IMG/VR virus record: IMGVR_UViG_3300017909_000575
Span: 1 to 36,062 of that record
Reading direction: 5' to 3' (one strand)
Length of the DNA: 36,062 bases
From: a virus
Lineage: Duplodnaviria > Caudoviricetes
The notes below the pieces were generated by a model. The model ran no database searches. It saw only the letters and a program-made list of their open reading frames with translations, and was not told the DNA's origin. Both the position numbers and the translations under genes were made by a program. This document shows, piece after piece, positions 26,371 to 35,436 of the stretch. Numbering within the stretch: position 1 is the first letter of the stretch; each line of letters starts with the position of its first letter.

Positions 26371-28707
26371 TTATATCCGCTGTGACCTGATTGTATAATG
26401 ACCTTCCCACTCAGCGTTTTGTATTTGTACTGGTAGGTAACTATCAGATGTAAGTTTTATTGATACTTGGTCATTTTTGGCTTGAACGGGAAAACGGAAA
26501 GTACCATCAGAAAGAATAACATCTTCGATAGTAGAGGACGCTTGGTTAAGTACAACACCTGTAAACTCGTACTCGTAAGTCTGTCGTGCTTCTGGTGTTA
26601 CCTGTACCTTAAAGTAACCAGTGTCCTCATAGTTAATCCGCATGGTTCTTAACTGTAGTCGCCCGGACTGTACTGACTGTGCCCCACCTTTTTCTCTAAC
26701 GTGTTGTGTAGAGAACTCGTAGGTCATGTCATAGGGTATTCCAACAACTACATCACGTTGGGTATAAGTTCCATTTGGATTGAGAACTTGGTCATGGTTA
26801 CCTGAAGCCCTGACAGTTGTCGGACTTGGGCGTGTAGTAGTAATGTCTGTACCTATCCTATCCCCAAAATTTTGTTGCTTGATAACTTTCACTTCTGTTG
26901 CAGTATCAATACTGTAAGGGAGTGTCCAAGTTGTGTAGTCATTTATAGAGTCATATATTGCACCACCAAATCCATTTACTACTGCTTTTCTATCTAACCG
27001 AATGTGAAAATCAAGCAGACTATCATTAGGATATTGCAATGGAAGCTTTTCTAAATATACTCCATCGGAATTATTAACAACCATGTACAAATCGTTATCA
27101 ATAATTTCTATATCTAAAATACCTTCATAGGCACTATTAGACGAAGTTACATATTGGTTGTTACTAAAATCCCATGTAGACCAACTAGATTGTAGTTTTT
27201 GCCTACCGTCAGTAAACCATTTATATACAAACAATTTCCATCTGTTGTCTGCATCATGTGATAGAGCAACGAGTGTATCTTCGTTACTTGATGTTGCTAG
27301 TTTAATTACATTATTAGGAATGTATTTAGGAACGTGTGCGGTAATTTCTAAGGCATCTGTAATCACTGTGTCAGAAGCAATAAAATATTCTCTTACACTA
27401 GAAAAGTTTCCTTTTTGTGTAACAAAGTATAGTGAGTTACCAGCACCTACGGGAGATACATTTACCTCATTTTCAAACTCTGTACTTGGAACAATAGCAA
27501 TATTTTGAGGTGTAAGATTACCAGCCGTCGAAATTGTAAACTGTGTGTGGTCACTAAATAAAGTTAGTGATTCGTTAAATGCAATCGCATGATTTAGTAA
27601 CGAAATTTTTGTGTGACTAACAGCTACATCAATAGGGTCACCAGCGAGTAGTGTGGTTACCGTGTCAGGGAAGAACCTAAAGAAATCCCCTGAAGCTGAC
27701 ATGATAATTTTATCTTCAGCCAGAAAACCTAGACGGTTCTTGAAGAAGAAAATGTCGTTTAATTTAAGCCCTACAAAGGATGGGTTCGGTGCGGAGTCTT
27801 CGTCACCAACTGTTCTATCTTCCCATGTACTATGTTGAAGTGTAAACATAGTTGGGTTAGTAGAAGCGTTGGGTACAAGCTTAACTGGGAGCGTAGTTTC
27901 ATCTAACTGATATGTAATGCCCGGTTTAACAGTTTCCTCGTAAGATGTCCCACTAAGTGATTTTACATAGTAGTTATCAAAGGAACTATTTTCATCCCCG
28001 ACAACTTCGTAATATTGTCCGGCTGGGGGGCGTTCAAAAATAACAATACTTGCACCACTAGCCGGGGCAGAAGTTAATTGAACCCGTGAACTATCTCCAC
28101 CTTCAATACTAAAACCAACATTAGAGCTATTTACTCTTACAGCAAGATTTATAGCCTTTCCGTATTGAAACCCTATAGAAAATCGAGTTTGGCTACCATC
28201 ACCTGTGTAGTGAGTTTCTTTGTCAGTAGGAAGGTCAGAAAAGCTTTGGTATTTTGTAGTATTTAAAGCACCGGGTGTAGTGGCTGTTTTCATAGCCACA
28301 GTTTTTGTTTTGTTCAGAATAAATGTTGTATCCGCTATAGTTAGAAACTTTAAGTCTCTCTGTGGATTATCTGTATAGAGGTATTGGTCAGCATTACTGA
28401 CAACATTACTCGTAAGTGATGTGCCATTAATATTAAACATATAAACAGTAGCAGAAGATGCTGTAGCAACAACTACGGCAATATGTCTGTTATCCACCCC
28501 TCTATCAATAATATGGATAGCCGCATTATCAACTGATGAATTTAGTATCTTTGCAATATGTTCTGTAGCTGGACGCTTAATAAGTCCATCAATAACTGAT
28601 GACAAAGCGTTGACTTGAGTTTCTCCCTGAGTCAACTGTCGTAGTGACGATGGCTGTTGACTAACCCCATTAAGTAGATTTGGGATACTGGTAGAAACTA
28701 GAGGCAT
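26371..28707 (-). CDS. Tail tubular protein B / nozzle (gp12-like)
   Basis: SIPNLLNGVSQQP, GLIKRP, PSFVG, FFKNRLGFL, DPID, QSSWS, GRLQLR. Confidence 0.95.
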   Translation of the reverse strand: MPLVSTSIPNLLNGVSQQPSSLRQLTQGETQVNALSSVIDGLIKRPATEHIAKILNSSVDNAAIHIIDRGVDNRHIAVVVATASSATVYMFNINGTSLTSNVVSNADQYLYTDNPQRDLKFLTIADTTFILNKTKTVAMKTATTPGALNTTKYQSFSDLPTDKETHYTGDGSQTRFSIGFQYGKAINLAVRVNSSNVGFSIEGGDSSRVQLTSAPASGASIVIFERPPAGQYYEVVGDENSSFDNYYVKSLSGTSYEETVKPGITYQLDETTLPVKLVPNASTNPTMFTLQHSTWEDRTVGDEDSAPNPSFVGLKLNDIFFFKNRLGFLAEDKIIMSASGDFFRFFPDTVTTLLAGDPIDVAVSHTKISLLNHAIAFNESLTLFSDHTQFTISTAGNLTPQNIAIVPSTEFENEVNVSPVGAGNSLYFVTQKGNFSSVREYFIASDTVITDALEITAHVPKYIPNNVIKLATSSNEDTLVALSHDADNRWKLFVYKWFTDGRQKLQSSWSTWDFSNNQYVTSSNSAYEGILDIEIIDNDLYMVVNNSDGVYLEKLPLQYPNDSLLDFHIRLDRKAVVNGFGGAIYDSINDYTTWTLPYSIDTATEVKVIKQQNFGDRIGTDITTTRPSPTTVRASGNHDQVLNPNGTYTQRDVVVGIPYDMTYEFSTQHVREKGGAQSVQSGRLQLRTMRINYEDTGYFKVQVTPEARQTYEYEFTGVVLNQASSTIEDVILSDGTFRFPVQAKNDQVSIKLTSDSYLPVQIQNAEWEGHYTIRSQRI

Positions 28708-28710
28708 AAC

Positions 28711-29322
28711 TTAGAACCTTACTGCTCTGCGAGGCGAACCTCGTGATAGAATTTTATATGTATCAAAGTTGTCTGACAGAATGTTGTTGTCTTCGTTCAA
28801 CTTTTCTGCACGTTCAAACTGAACCATCGCTTCACGTTCATCTATCTCTGTAAACCCACCTAGGCTCTCAGAGCCAATGTAACGTCCTTGGAAGCGTCTA
28901 GCGGCTTTTACAGTAGCGTAGCGTCTAACGTGCTGTGGTAGGTCTTCAAAGTCCAACAACAGAACCATCTCAACACGGAGTGTTCCTGTGAATGATGTAA
29001 AGCTTCGTTCTCCCCGGTCATACAGACGGTTGCCACGCTGAGTTACATCTATATCAGCCGATGTTTCTGTGGTGTCAATTCGTACACAGTTGGTAGGTAC
29101 AATGATTTCGCCATTAACATTAGCTGTTAAGGGGTAGTTGATTTCAGTGTTACAGTGTAGTCCCTGTGTTTGGATATCTACTGAAGTCTCATCTAATATG
29201 GACTCAGCCAAAGACACATCCACCAATGACGGGTTGTTCAGACTAGATACAGGAGACTCACCGATGGCTGAAAGCATAATATTTACAGCCTCAATCTTTG
29301 AGGTTGGTGCAATAAGAGCCAT
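28711..29322 (-). CDS. Tail tubular protein A / gatekeeper (gp11-like)
   Basis: EAVNIMLSAIGESPV, RGNRLYD, FEDLP...AARRF. Confidence 0.95.
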   Translation of the reverse strand: MALIAPTSKIEAVNIMLSAIGESPVSSLNNPSLVDVSLAESILDETSVDIQTQGLHCNTEINYPLTANVNGEIIVPTNCVRIDTTETSADIDVTQRGNRLYDRGERSFTSFTGTLRVEMVLLLDFEDLPQHVRRYATVKAARRFQGRYIGSESLGGFTEIDEREAMVQFERAEKLNEDNNILSDNFDTYKILSRGSPRRAVRF

Positions 29323-29342
29323 GATGTTAGTTCCTTAAATGT

Positions 29343-29376
29343 AAAAAAAAGCGGAAGCCCCGAAAGACTTCCGCTA
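29343..29376 (-). terminator. T-phi-like terminator after the capsid gene
   Basis: AGCGGAAGTCT-TTCG-GGGCTTCCGCT followed by a T run. Confidence 0.9.
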
Positions 29377-29382
29377 TAGGAT

Positions 29383-30336
29383 TTATGCAGACTGAATCTG
29401 TACAGCCGCTTCTGGACGCAGGACACCATGTCCCATTGCGTACTTCGCAACCATAAGAGTACCTTGACGGCGAATGTCATAATCTGACTCAACAGCCAAG
29501 TCCATCAGCTTCACAGTACCTACGGCAGAGGTATGTGCAACGAGGGCAGTCGTATTGGACGCATCAACAGCTTGTGCTGAGTTAGCACCACCAGCATCAA
29601 CGCCAGTACCAGTAATGTTTGTGGTAGGCAGATGTGATGTCTTAATCAGGTTAAGACCAGCAAGCTGTGGGACTTGACCAGTGGCGATAGAGCCTTGGCC
29701 TGAGAAGTCCACGTTAATTGCGTTAGAAGCATTAGCCAACAGATAATACTGTTCTGGCTTCAGGAATGCGTAGCGGCCTTCGGATGGTACATAAGCATCA
29801 TCCAGAGCTTCGGCGGCATCATACAGTGCGGCAATCAAGTCAGCGGCGGCTGTACCTGAGTTTGCGCTAGTGATGATTGTACCTGAAGCATAGCCAGTGT
29901 CAGCTACGTTAGCTGAAGCGGCGGCGGCTTGAAGCATAGTCTGAAGAACGTGCTTGTCCATTTGGAAAGCAAGTGCCCGTCCCATCTCTTGCGAGTAGAC
30001 TGAACGAACATCGTAGTGGTTCTTAGCTTCATCGATATTTGCAATGAAGTGGCTTGAAATCAACAGGTCATTGATTGTGATGACCTTCTCGTTATGGTTG
30101 ATATCAGTGCCAGTAATTTCATTGCCCGGAGTGTGATATGCCGCTGAACTGCGACCCATCACTGGGAACTGTGCTGACTTACCGTTAGCAATAGTACGAA
30201 TCATATGCTTATCGGCAGTCACAGTAGCTTGTTCAAAACTGGTAAGGACTTCTCCTGCAAACACCTTCAGAAAGAGGGCATCAGCAGTACCAGTATTATT
30301 TACCTTACCAATTTCGGATACGTTAGCATTAGCCAT
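29383..30336 (-). CDS. Major capsid protein (gp10-like)
   Basis: ALFLKVFAGEV, RTIANGKSAQFP, EKVITINDLL, YAMGHGVLRPE. Confidence 0.97.
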   Translation of the reverse strand: MANANVSEIGKVNNTGTADALFLKVFAGEVLTSFEQATVTADKHMIRTIANGKSAQFPVMGRSSAAYHTPGNEITGTDINHNEKVITINDLLISSHFIANIDEAKNHYDVRSVYSQEMGRALAFQMDKHVLQTMLQAAAASANVADTGYASGTIITSANSGTAAADLIAALYDAAEALDDAYVPSEGRYAFLKPEQYYLLANASNAINVDFSGQGSIATGQVPQLAGLNLIKTSHLPTTNITGTGVDAGGANSAQAVDASNTTALVAHTSAVGTVKLMDLAVESDYDIRRQGTLMVAKYAMGHGVLRPEAAVQIQSA

Positions 30337-30477
30337 TTTCGTTTCCTCAAAAGTTAAAATTAAAGTTGGTTGTTATTCTGCTAATCACTACTCGCCAGAA
30401 AGGGTGTTCTCCGCAGAGAGCCAAACGGTTTATTAGGATAGAAATAACTTTTTAACAGCCTTGATAGGCTGGTTAAG

Positions 30478-31212
30478 TTATGAAGGATTACTCCTCGCCA
30501 GTTTATTAGACACAGCCTGTCTATACGCTGGGTCTTTCTTGTACTCAGGTTTTGCCATATCAGCGGTTACCTGTGCCCAGCTTGCATAAGTGTCTACTGA
30601 TGAAGATGCTCTACCACCCACAAGGTTAGGGGCTGAACCATTATCTTTCACATAACGTGAATGTAGTGCTTCAATCGCCAGCTTTGCTTGTGATGGGTTA
30701 CCTGAAACGATTGCATCGTTATAGGCATCTATCTCATCGTCAGACATATTGTCAGAAGCCCATTCGGACATCTGCTCGTAGTTCTCTTCACCCCCTACAT
30801 AACTGTAGAGTTCGCCTTGGTATTCGGCGGCAAGAGATTTTTGACCTTCAATATACGAGTCCACCATTTCTCGTGGGATACCTCGTGCCTGTAGGTCATC
30901 GTAAGTTTTATTAGATAGTTCGCCAGAATCAGCAAATTCGTTTTGCAACGCTTCAAAGTCTAGCCCTGCATTTTCTACAGCCTGTCGAGCATCCGCTGTA
31001 GCTTCTGGTTCAGGCTCTGAAGTATCACTTTGATTAGCTTCTTGGCGGCTCTGAGTGAATTGTTTTTCCAACTCACCATATGCCTTAGAAAGTTCTTCAG
31101 GAGACTTAAACTTTTCTGGTAGCCACTCAGGACGGTCTTCAGCAACTTCTGGTACTGGTGCTTCACTGCCTGTGACATTGCCTTCTACCTGTATTGATTG
31201 TGTTTCAGCCAT
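30478..31212 (-). CDS. Capsid scaffolding protein (gp9-like)
   Basis: RPEWLPEKF, YGELEK, GGEENY...WA, DPAYRQAV..KL.RS. Confidence 0.93.
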   Translation of the reverse strand: MAETQSIQVEGNVTGSEAPVPEVAEDRPEWLPEKFKSPEELSKAYGELEKQFTQSRQEANQSDTSEPEPEATADARQAVENAGLDFEALQNEFADSGELSNKTYDDLQARGIPREMVDSYIEGQKSLAAEYQGELYSYVGGEENYEQMSEWASDNMSDDEIDAYNDAIVSGNPSQAKLAIEALHSRYVKDNGSAPNLVGGRASSSVDTYASWAQVTADMAKPEYKKDPAYRQAVSNKLARSNPS

Positions 31213-31370
31213 TATTTAGACGCTCCCAACTGTATGATGTTGCCTTTTTTGTTGATATATTTCTTACCAACTTCAGCAACCTCTCGTCCCGGCCACGCTG
31301 GATACTCAGGCTTCTTTACCTTTTCTTCCTTTGGGTTATCGTTCTTCAAAGTCATTTTGGGTGTTGTCAT
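31212..31370 (-). CDS. 52-aa hypothetical protein between portal and scaffold
   Basis: MTTPKMTLKNDNPKEEKVKKPEYPAWPGREVAEVGKKYINKKGNIIQLGASK; AAGGA SD; TAATG coupling. Confidence 0.7.
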   Translation of the reverse strand: MTTPKMTLKNDNPKEEKVKKPEYPAWPGREVAEVGKKYINKKGNIIQLGASK

Positions 31371-31372
31371 AA

Positions 31373-32902
31373 TTATCCTTGCTGTTTTACAGCTTCTTTA
31401 ATCACATCTGGTGCGGCATCTTGGATTGTTTGGTTTATCATCGCTTGTTGCTGTTGTTCAGCTTGCGCTTCCATTTCTGCTTGTAGTTCTTGGTCAGTCT
31501 TCATTAGACCAATAGTGTCGATGCCGTGCCCTGTAGCCAAACGGTTTACAAGGTCACCAAAGTTTACTCGTGATATTGTCTCAGGACTTACTCCAGCTAA
31601 CTGAACAAGGTCAGCCATATATGCCCTAAGTTTGTTGAGGTCATTCCCACGCCCCAAAGCTTCTACACCTGTAACAATAACAGGGGTGACTGTTCCCTTT
31701 GGTAGCTTGGGGATTTTCTTAGATGCAGACATACTGTCCATAAGTATCTTTACTACAGGCAGTTGCATCTCTTGTGACAGGATTGAGTACACACCACCAA
31801 GGGCTGACTCTAGTTCCTGTGCCATAAAGCGTATCTCTTCAGCCGTTACCCGTTCAGCATTACGCTGGATAGCGGTGTTGAGAAGGAACGCATAAGAAAG
31901 ACGTTCTTCAATGCGCTGTACGGTTTCCAGTACAACACGCATATCTGGATACTTTTCAGTCTGAAGTACACGGACATCATTGGGGTCACCCAGAATAACA
32001 TCACCGTTCTTAGAACGTGCGAGGTCAGTTCTTCGGACACTAGCATTTGGCCTCACCATAAATACTAGCTTTGCGCTGGCGGCGGCAGAGCTTACCAACG
32101 CTTCCATCAAGCCTTCTAATGACTTGAGGTCACCTAGATACTCTTCCACGAAAGAGCGTCCATAATCTTCACCATCCAAGTGTACCATCCGCAGTGCAAT
32201 CCACGGCATTAGTGCTTTCTTGTATTGGCCTTCAGAGCCGGGGACTATTTGTCCCTCGACTTCCTGATAGACATAATAGTTGTCGGAATCGGTTCTATAA
32301 ATTTTTGTGTAAATCTTGAGGTCTTCATCGCCTGTGTAATCAATATTTTCGATGCCTTCAGGCAGTGCCCGTGGGGACACCTTTTCCTCTAGGATAACCT
32401 CAAGTAATTCCCCTTGTGGGTCACGTTTGGTGACGAAGCTGGACAGAGGAAAAACTCTGAGTCCACCTTTTTTTGGGAGATGAATAAGAACATTCCCAGA
32501 AACAATCAGATGCTTGAGAGCTTCAAAAACGTGTACTCTCAAAGCACGGGATTCAATTTCTCCCATGACTTCTCGCTCAACGCCAGCAAGTCCCTGTTCG
32601 ATTTCTGCCCTAAGTTCACCTTCACCATCTAGTTCTGTCTTGGTTTTAGTATCCATCGCCAGACGGAAGAAGGGAGAGTTAGGTGGGAAAAGTAGAAGCA
32701 TTAGTTTTGATGCCAGATTATTGACACCCCTCGCACCAATGCTTTGGAAGGGTTGATATAGGTCAGTAGCTGAACTAAACCCTTCTGGGGTAATAAGGGC
32801 AGGGAGAGTTAATTCCGAACACTCTCTAGCTCTGTCGAGGTAAATCTCCCTGTCAGCCGCAAGTTTGTAATACCGCTTAGAGCAGGAAGCATTCTCGTGC
32901 AT
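31373..32902 (-). CDS. Portal / head-tail connector (gp8-like)
   Basis: QSIGARGVNNLASKL, GEDYGRS..EEYLGDL, ERVTAEEIR, LGGVYS. Confidence 0.97.
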   Translation of the reverse strand: MHENASCSKRYYKLAADREIYLDRARECSELTLPALITPEGFSSATDLYQPFQSIGARGVNNLASKLMLLLFPPNSPFFRLAMDTKTKTELDGEGELRAEIEQGLAGVEREVMGEIESRALRVHVFEALKHLIVSGNVLIHLPKKGGLRVFPLSSFVTKRDPQGELLEVILEEKVSPRALPEGIENIDYTGDEDLKIYTKIYRTDSDNYYVYQEVEGQIVPGSEGQYKKALMPWIALRMVHLDGEDYGRSFVEEYLGDLKSLEGLMEALVSSAAASAKLVFMVRPNASVRRTDLARSKNGDVILGDPNDVRVLQTEKYPDMRVVLETVQRIEERLSYAFLLNTAIQRNAERVTAEEIRFMAQELESALGGVYSILSQEMQLPVVKILMDSMSASKKIPKLPKGTVTPVIVTGVEALGRGNDLNKLRAYMADLVQLAGVSPETISRVNFGDLVNRLATGHGIDTIGLMKTDQELQAEMEAQAEQQQQAMINQTIQDAAPDVIKEAVKQQG

Positions 32903-32923
32903 AACGATTTACCTTCTAATTAG

Positions 32924-33235
32924 TTAGGCGATATTAACGCCAGTTCCCGAAGCTCCACCCATTCCTAGGGTGTTCATCGCCGCACCAGCAGTTTTCTTAA
33001 CTTTAAGCTGGTCAGTGCCTGTATCTGCCAGACCTGTTTTCTTAATAAGGTTTGGATTAACGGCTTCTGCTTGTTGCTGTTCTAGGAACTTCTTGTTAGC
33101 TTCATCGGCTCTTCTTTGAGCTTCTTCTTGTTGCTGTTTCATCTGCCTTTCTTGCTTCTTAGCGGCATCGTCAGTAATTTTTTTTGTGACGAGGGCAGAT
33201 GCGACAGTAGCAATAACCATTGGTACACTACACAT
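32924..33235 (-). CDS. Small virion protein (gp6.7/7.3 position)
   Basis: MC start, C-terminal G..GVNI, upstream of the portal gene. Confidence 0.7.
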   Translation of the reverse strand: MCSVPMVIATVASALVTKKITDDAAKKQERQMKQQQEEAQRRADEANKKFLEQQQAEAVNPNLIKKTGLADTGTDQLKVKKTAGAAMNTLGMGGASGTGVNIA

Positions 33236-33238
33236 ATA

Positions 33239-33442
33239 TCACTCCTCAGTGTTAGGGTTTTCATCCCGTCTTTTTAACTCTAACAACCAATTTACTACAG
33301 AGCGTTGACCAGCCTTTACCCAAACCTCTCTATCTGACCATTCTAGTCGGGCAGATTCTTCAGGAAATACATGGTCTAGTGTGTCGATTAGTTGAACTAC
33401 TGTGACGGGTAAGTGTTCTACTTGTTTATTTTCTTTAGACAT
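33239..33442 (-). CDS. Conserved hypothetical protein (first late gene)
   Basis: L...FP...GQRSVV.WL pattern; GAGGA SD just after the phage promoter. Confidence 0.78.
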   Translation of the reverse strand: MSKENKQVEHLPVTVVQLIDTLDHVFPEESARLEWSDREVWVKAGQRSVVNWLLELKRRDENPNTEE

Positions 33443-33450
33443 TCTAGTCC

Positions 33451-33469
33451 TCTTATATGGTGGGTATTA
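33451..33469 (-). promoter_or_regulatory. Phage RNAP promoter (late/structural genes)
   Basis: TAATACCCACCATATAAGA; its TAA is also the RNR stop codon. Confidence 0.85.
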
Positions 33470-35161
33470 TTCGCAGGACTTTAGACCAGTATCCGGGTCA
33501 ATAAAGCAAGCCTCTGCTTTTGGCTCGTCTTCTTTTACCTCGTTCAAAATTCCATACCTTTTTCCAGCGGCACGGAAGGTAGTTATTCCTTTGCATCCTT
33601 GTTTCCACGCATCGTAATACAGGTTCTTAAACTCATCGTAGGTCACATTGTCACCTACATTACAGGTCTTAGAGACAGCACTATCGACAAACTGAGAAGC
33701 TAGAGCCAGAACAGCTAGGTGTTCCTTTGCTGAAATCTCGTTGGCAGTACGGCCTGATACACCCTGACGGTAGGCATAATCCTCTACACGTTGTACCTGA
33801 TGCCCGTCAAACTGTTGGATAGTACGGTCATAGTAGAGGCTGAAGGGTGGCTCAATGCCACTCGACACGTTGTCAGCGGTGAGGCTGATAGTCCCGGTAG
33901 GTGCAATAGATGTCAGGTGTGAGTTACGAATGCCCTGACGCTCAATCTTTTCCTGTACCCATGTCGGCAGGGTCTTGATAAACTTGCTCTGCATATAGTG
34001 GTATTGGTCATACAGAGGGAAAGAACCTTTTTCTTCTGCAAGGTCAGCCGAAGCTGAGTAGCAATGGTCACGAAGTGTTTCTAAGACAGTCTCAGTAAAC
34101 TCCATAAACCCTTCAGAGGCATATGGAAAGCCACACATCTCACCAGCGTTAGCCAATCCTGTAACACCAAGCCCCATCCTGCGTTTGTTCTTAGCCTCAG
34201 TTTCCTGTTCTTGCAGTGGATATGTTGTACGGTCAACAATGTTGTCCATCGCCCTGACAACCTGATAGATGTCATTAACAAACAGGCCGTAGTCAAACTT
34301 ACCATCAAGCACATACTTAGGTAGGTTGAAAGAACCAAGCAGACACGCACCGAATGGTGGTAGAGGTTGCTCCCCACATGGATTAGTGGCTTCGATTTTC
34401 TCACAGTAATGTAGGTTGTTCATCTTGTTGATGGTGTCAATAAACAGAACACCCGGCTCTGCCCAATCCCATGTGCTTCGCATCACCATGTCCCAGAGGT
34501 TTTCAGGGTCTACCTCTTTGTAGACCTCACCTTCAAACTCCAGAGGGAACGGAGTGCCATCTTCCAAGCACCGCATGAACTTGTCTGTCACACCGATGGA
34601 GATGTTAAACCCTGTCAGCTTGTCGCTGTTGTTCTTGGCTGTGATAAACTCTTCGATGTCAGGATGGTCAATGCGGAGAACTCCCATTTCTGCTCCACGC
34701 CTGTGACCAGATGACGCAATGGTCTGGCACACAGCATCAAAAATTCCCATGAAGCTGATAGCACCAGATGCTTTGGAGTCGAGTGATTTGATGCGGTCAC
34801 CTCGTGGGCGAAGACGGCTGAAGTCATAACCTATACCACCCCCACGCCGCATGGTTTCTGCGGCCTGTGTCGCCCGGTGCATAATAGAGTTCATGCTATC
34901 TTCGATAGTGCCGGAGACAAAGCAGTTGAAAGCTGTTGTCTGTCTCGCCGCACCCATAGCATTTTGCACTCTACCAGCCGGGAGAAACCTCATGTGGCGA
35001 AGAATGTCTTTGAATGTTTCAAAGTGTATTGGGTCATCCTTCAACGCCCCAGCAATACGGACAACCTTTGAGTAAAAATCTTCCCCTGTCTGTCTGTATT
35101 TAATAGCGTCAATTTCTTCAGAGATGGGGAGTGTCATCCCGTAGTGCTGGTTTGGTATCAT
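33467..35161 (-). CDS. nrdJ: Class II (adenosylcobalamin-dependent) ribonucleotide reductase
   Basis: NCFV, GGGIG, TNPCGEQPL, ACLLGS, RRMGLG, APTGTIS, KGITTFR, C-terminal Cys pair. No YY pair and no beta-subunit gene nearby. Start moved to the TAATG-coupled ATG. Confidence 0.88.
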   Translation of the reverse strand: MIPNQHYGMTLPISEEIDAIKYRQTGEDFYSKVVRIAGALKDDPIHFETFKDILRHMRFLPAGRVQNAMGAARQTTAFNCFVSGTIEDSMNSIMHRATQAAETMRRGGGIGYDFSRLRPRGDRIKSLDSKASGAISFMGIFDAVCQTIASSGHRRGAEMGVLRIDHPDIEEFITAKNNSDKLTGFNISIGVTDKFMRCLEDGTPFPLEFEGEVYKEVDPENLWDMVMRSTWDWAEPGVLFIDTINKMNNLHYCEKIEATNPCGEQPLPPFGACLLGSFNLPKYVLDGKFDYGLFVNDIYQVVRAMDNIVDRTTYPLQEQETEAKNKRRMGLGVTGLANAGEMCGFPYASEGFMEFTETVLETLRDHCYSASADLAEEKGSFPLYDQYHYMQSKFIKTLPTWVQEKIERQGIRNSHLTSIAPTGTISLTADNVSSGIEPPFSLYYDRTIQQFDGHQVQRVEDYAYRQGVSGRTANEISAKEHLAVLALASQFVDSAVSKTCNVGDNVTYDEFKNLYYDAWKQGCKGITTFRAAGKRYGILNEVKEDEPKAEACFIDPDTGLKSCE

Positions 35162-35436
35162 TAGTTTTGTTCCTCTTCGATTTTCTTTTGTAGATTTGCC
35201 ATAGCTCTCCAAGCTACCTGTGCCCAATCTTCGTCAATGATATGACGCATCATGGCATCAAGCTCGTCACCTGACTTAGACCTGTCCCAATGCAATGTCT
35301 CAGGTGTTTGCCCATGTTGGATGCCACCTTTCAGTGACACCTTGGCAACAGCGGCTATTGCATCAGGGAAGTATTTGACGAACCCGGTATAGACGGGGAT
35401 GGCCTTACGTTCCTCTGCGTTGGTTGGTAGTTTCAT
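35161..35436 (-). CDS. dATP/dGTP diphosphohydrolase-like protein (DUF5664-type)
   Basis: RK..P......YFPDAIAAVAKVS..G..QH...W.RSKS...DA..RH...AWRA.A.LQ pattern; ATGA coupling. Confidence 0.7.
   Translation of the reverse strand: MKLPTNAEERKAIPVYTGFVKYFPDAIAAVAKVSLKGGIQHGQTPETLHWDRSKSGDELDAMMRHIIDEDWAQVAWRAMANLQKKIEEEQN

Noticed and set aside
29283-29492. Possible capsid frameshift extension (10B-like)
   Set aside because: No clear slippery site, and the alternative frame runs through the terminator into gp11.
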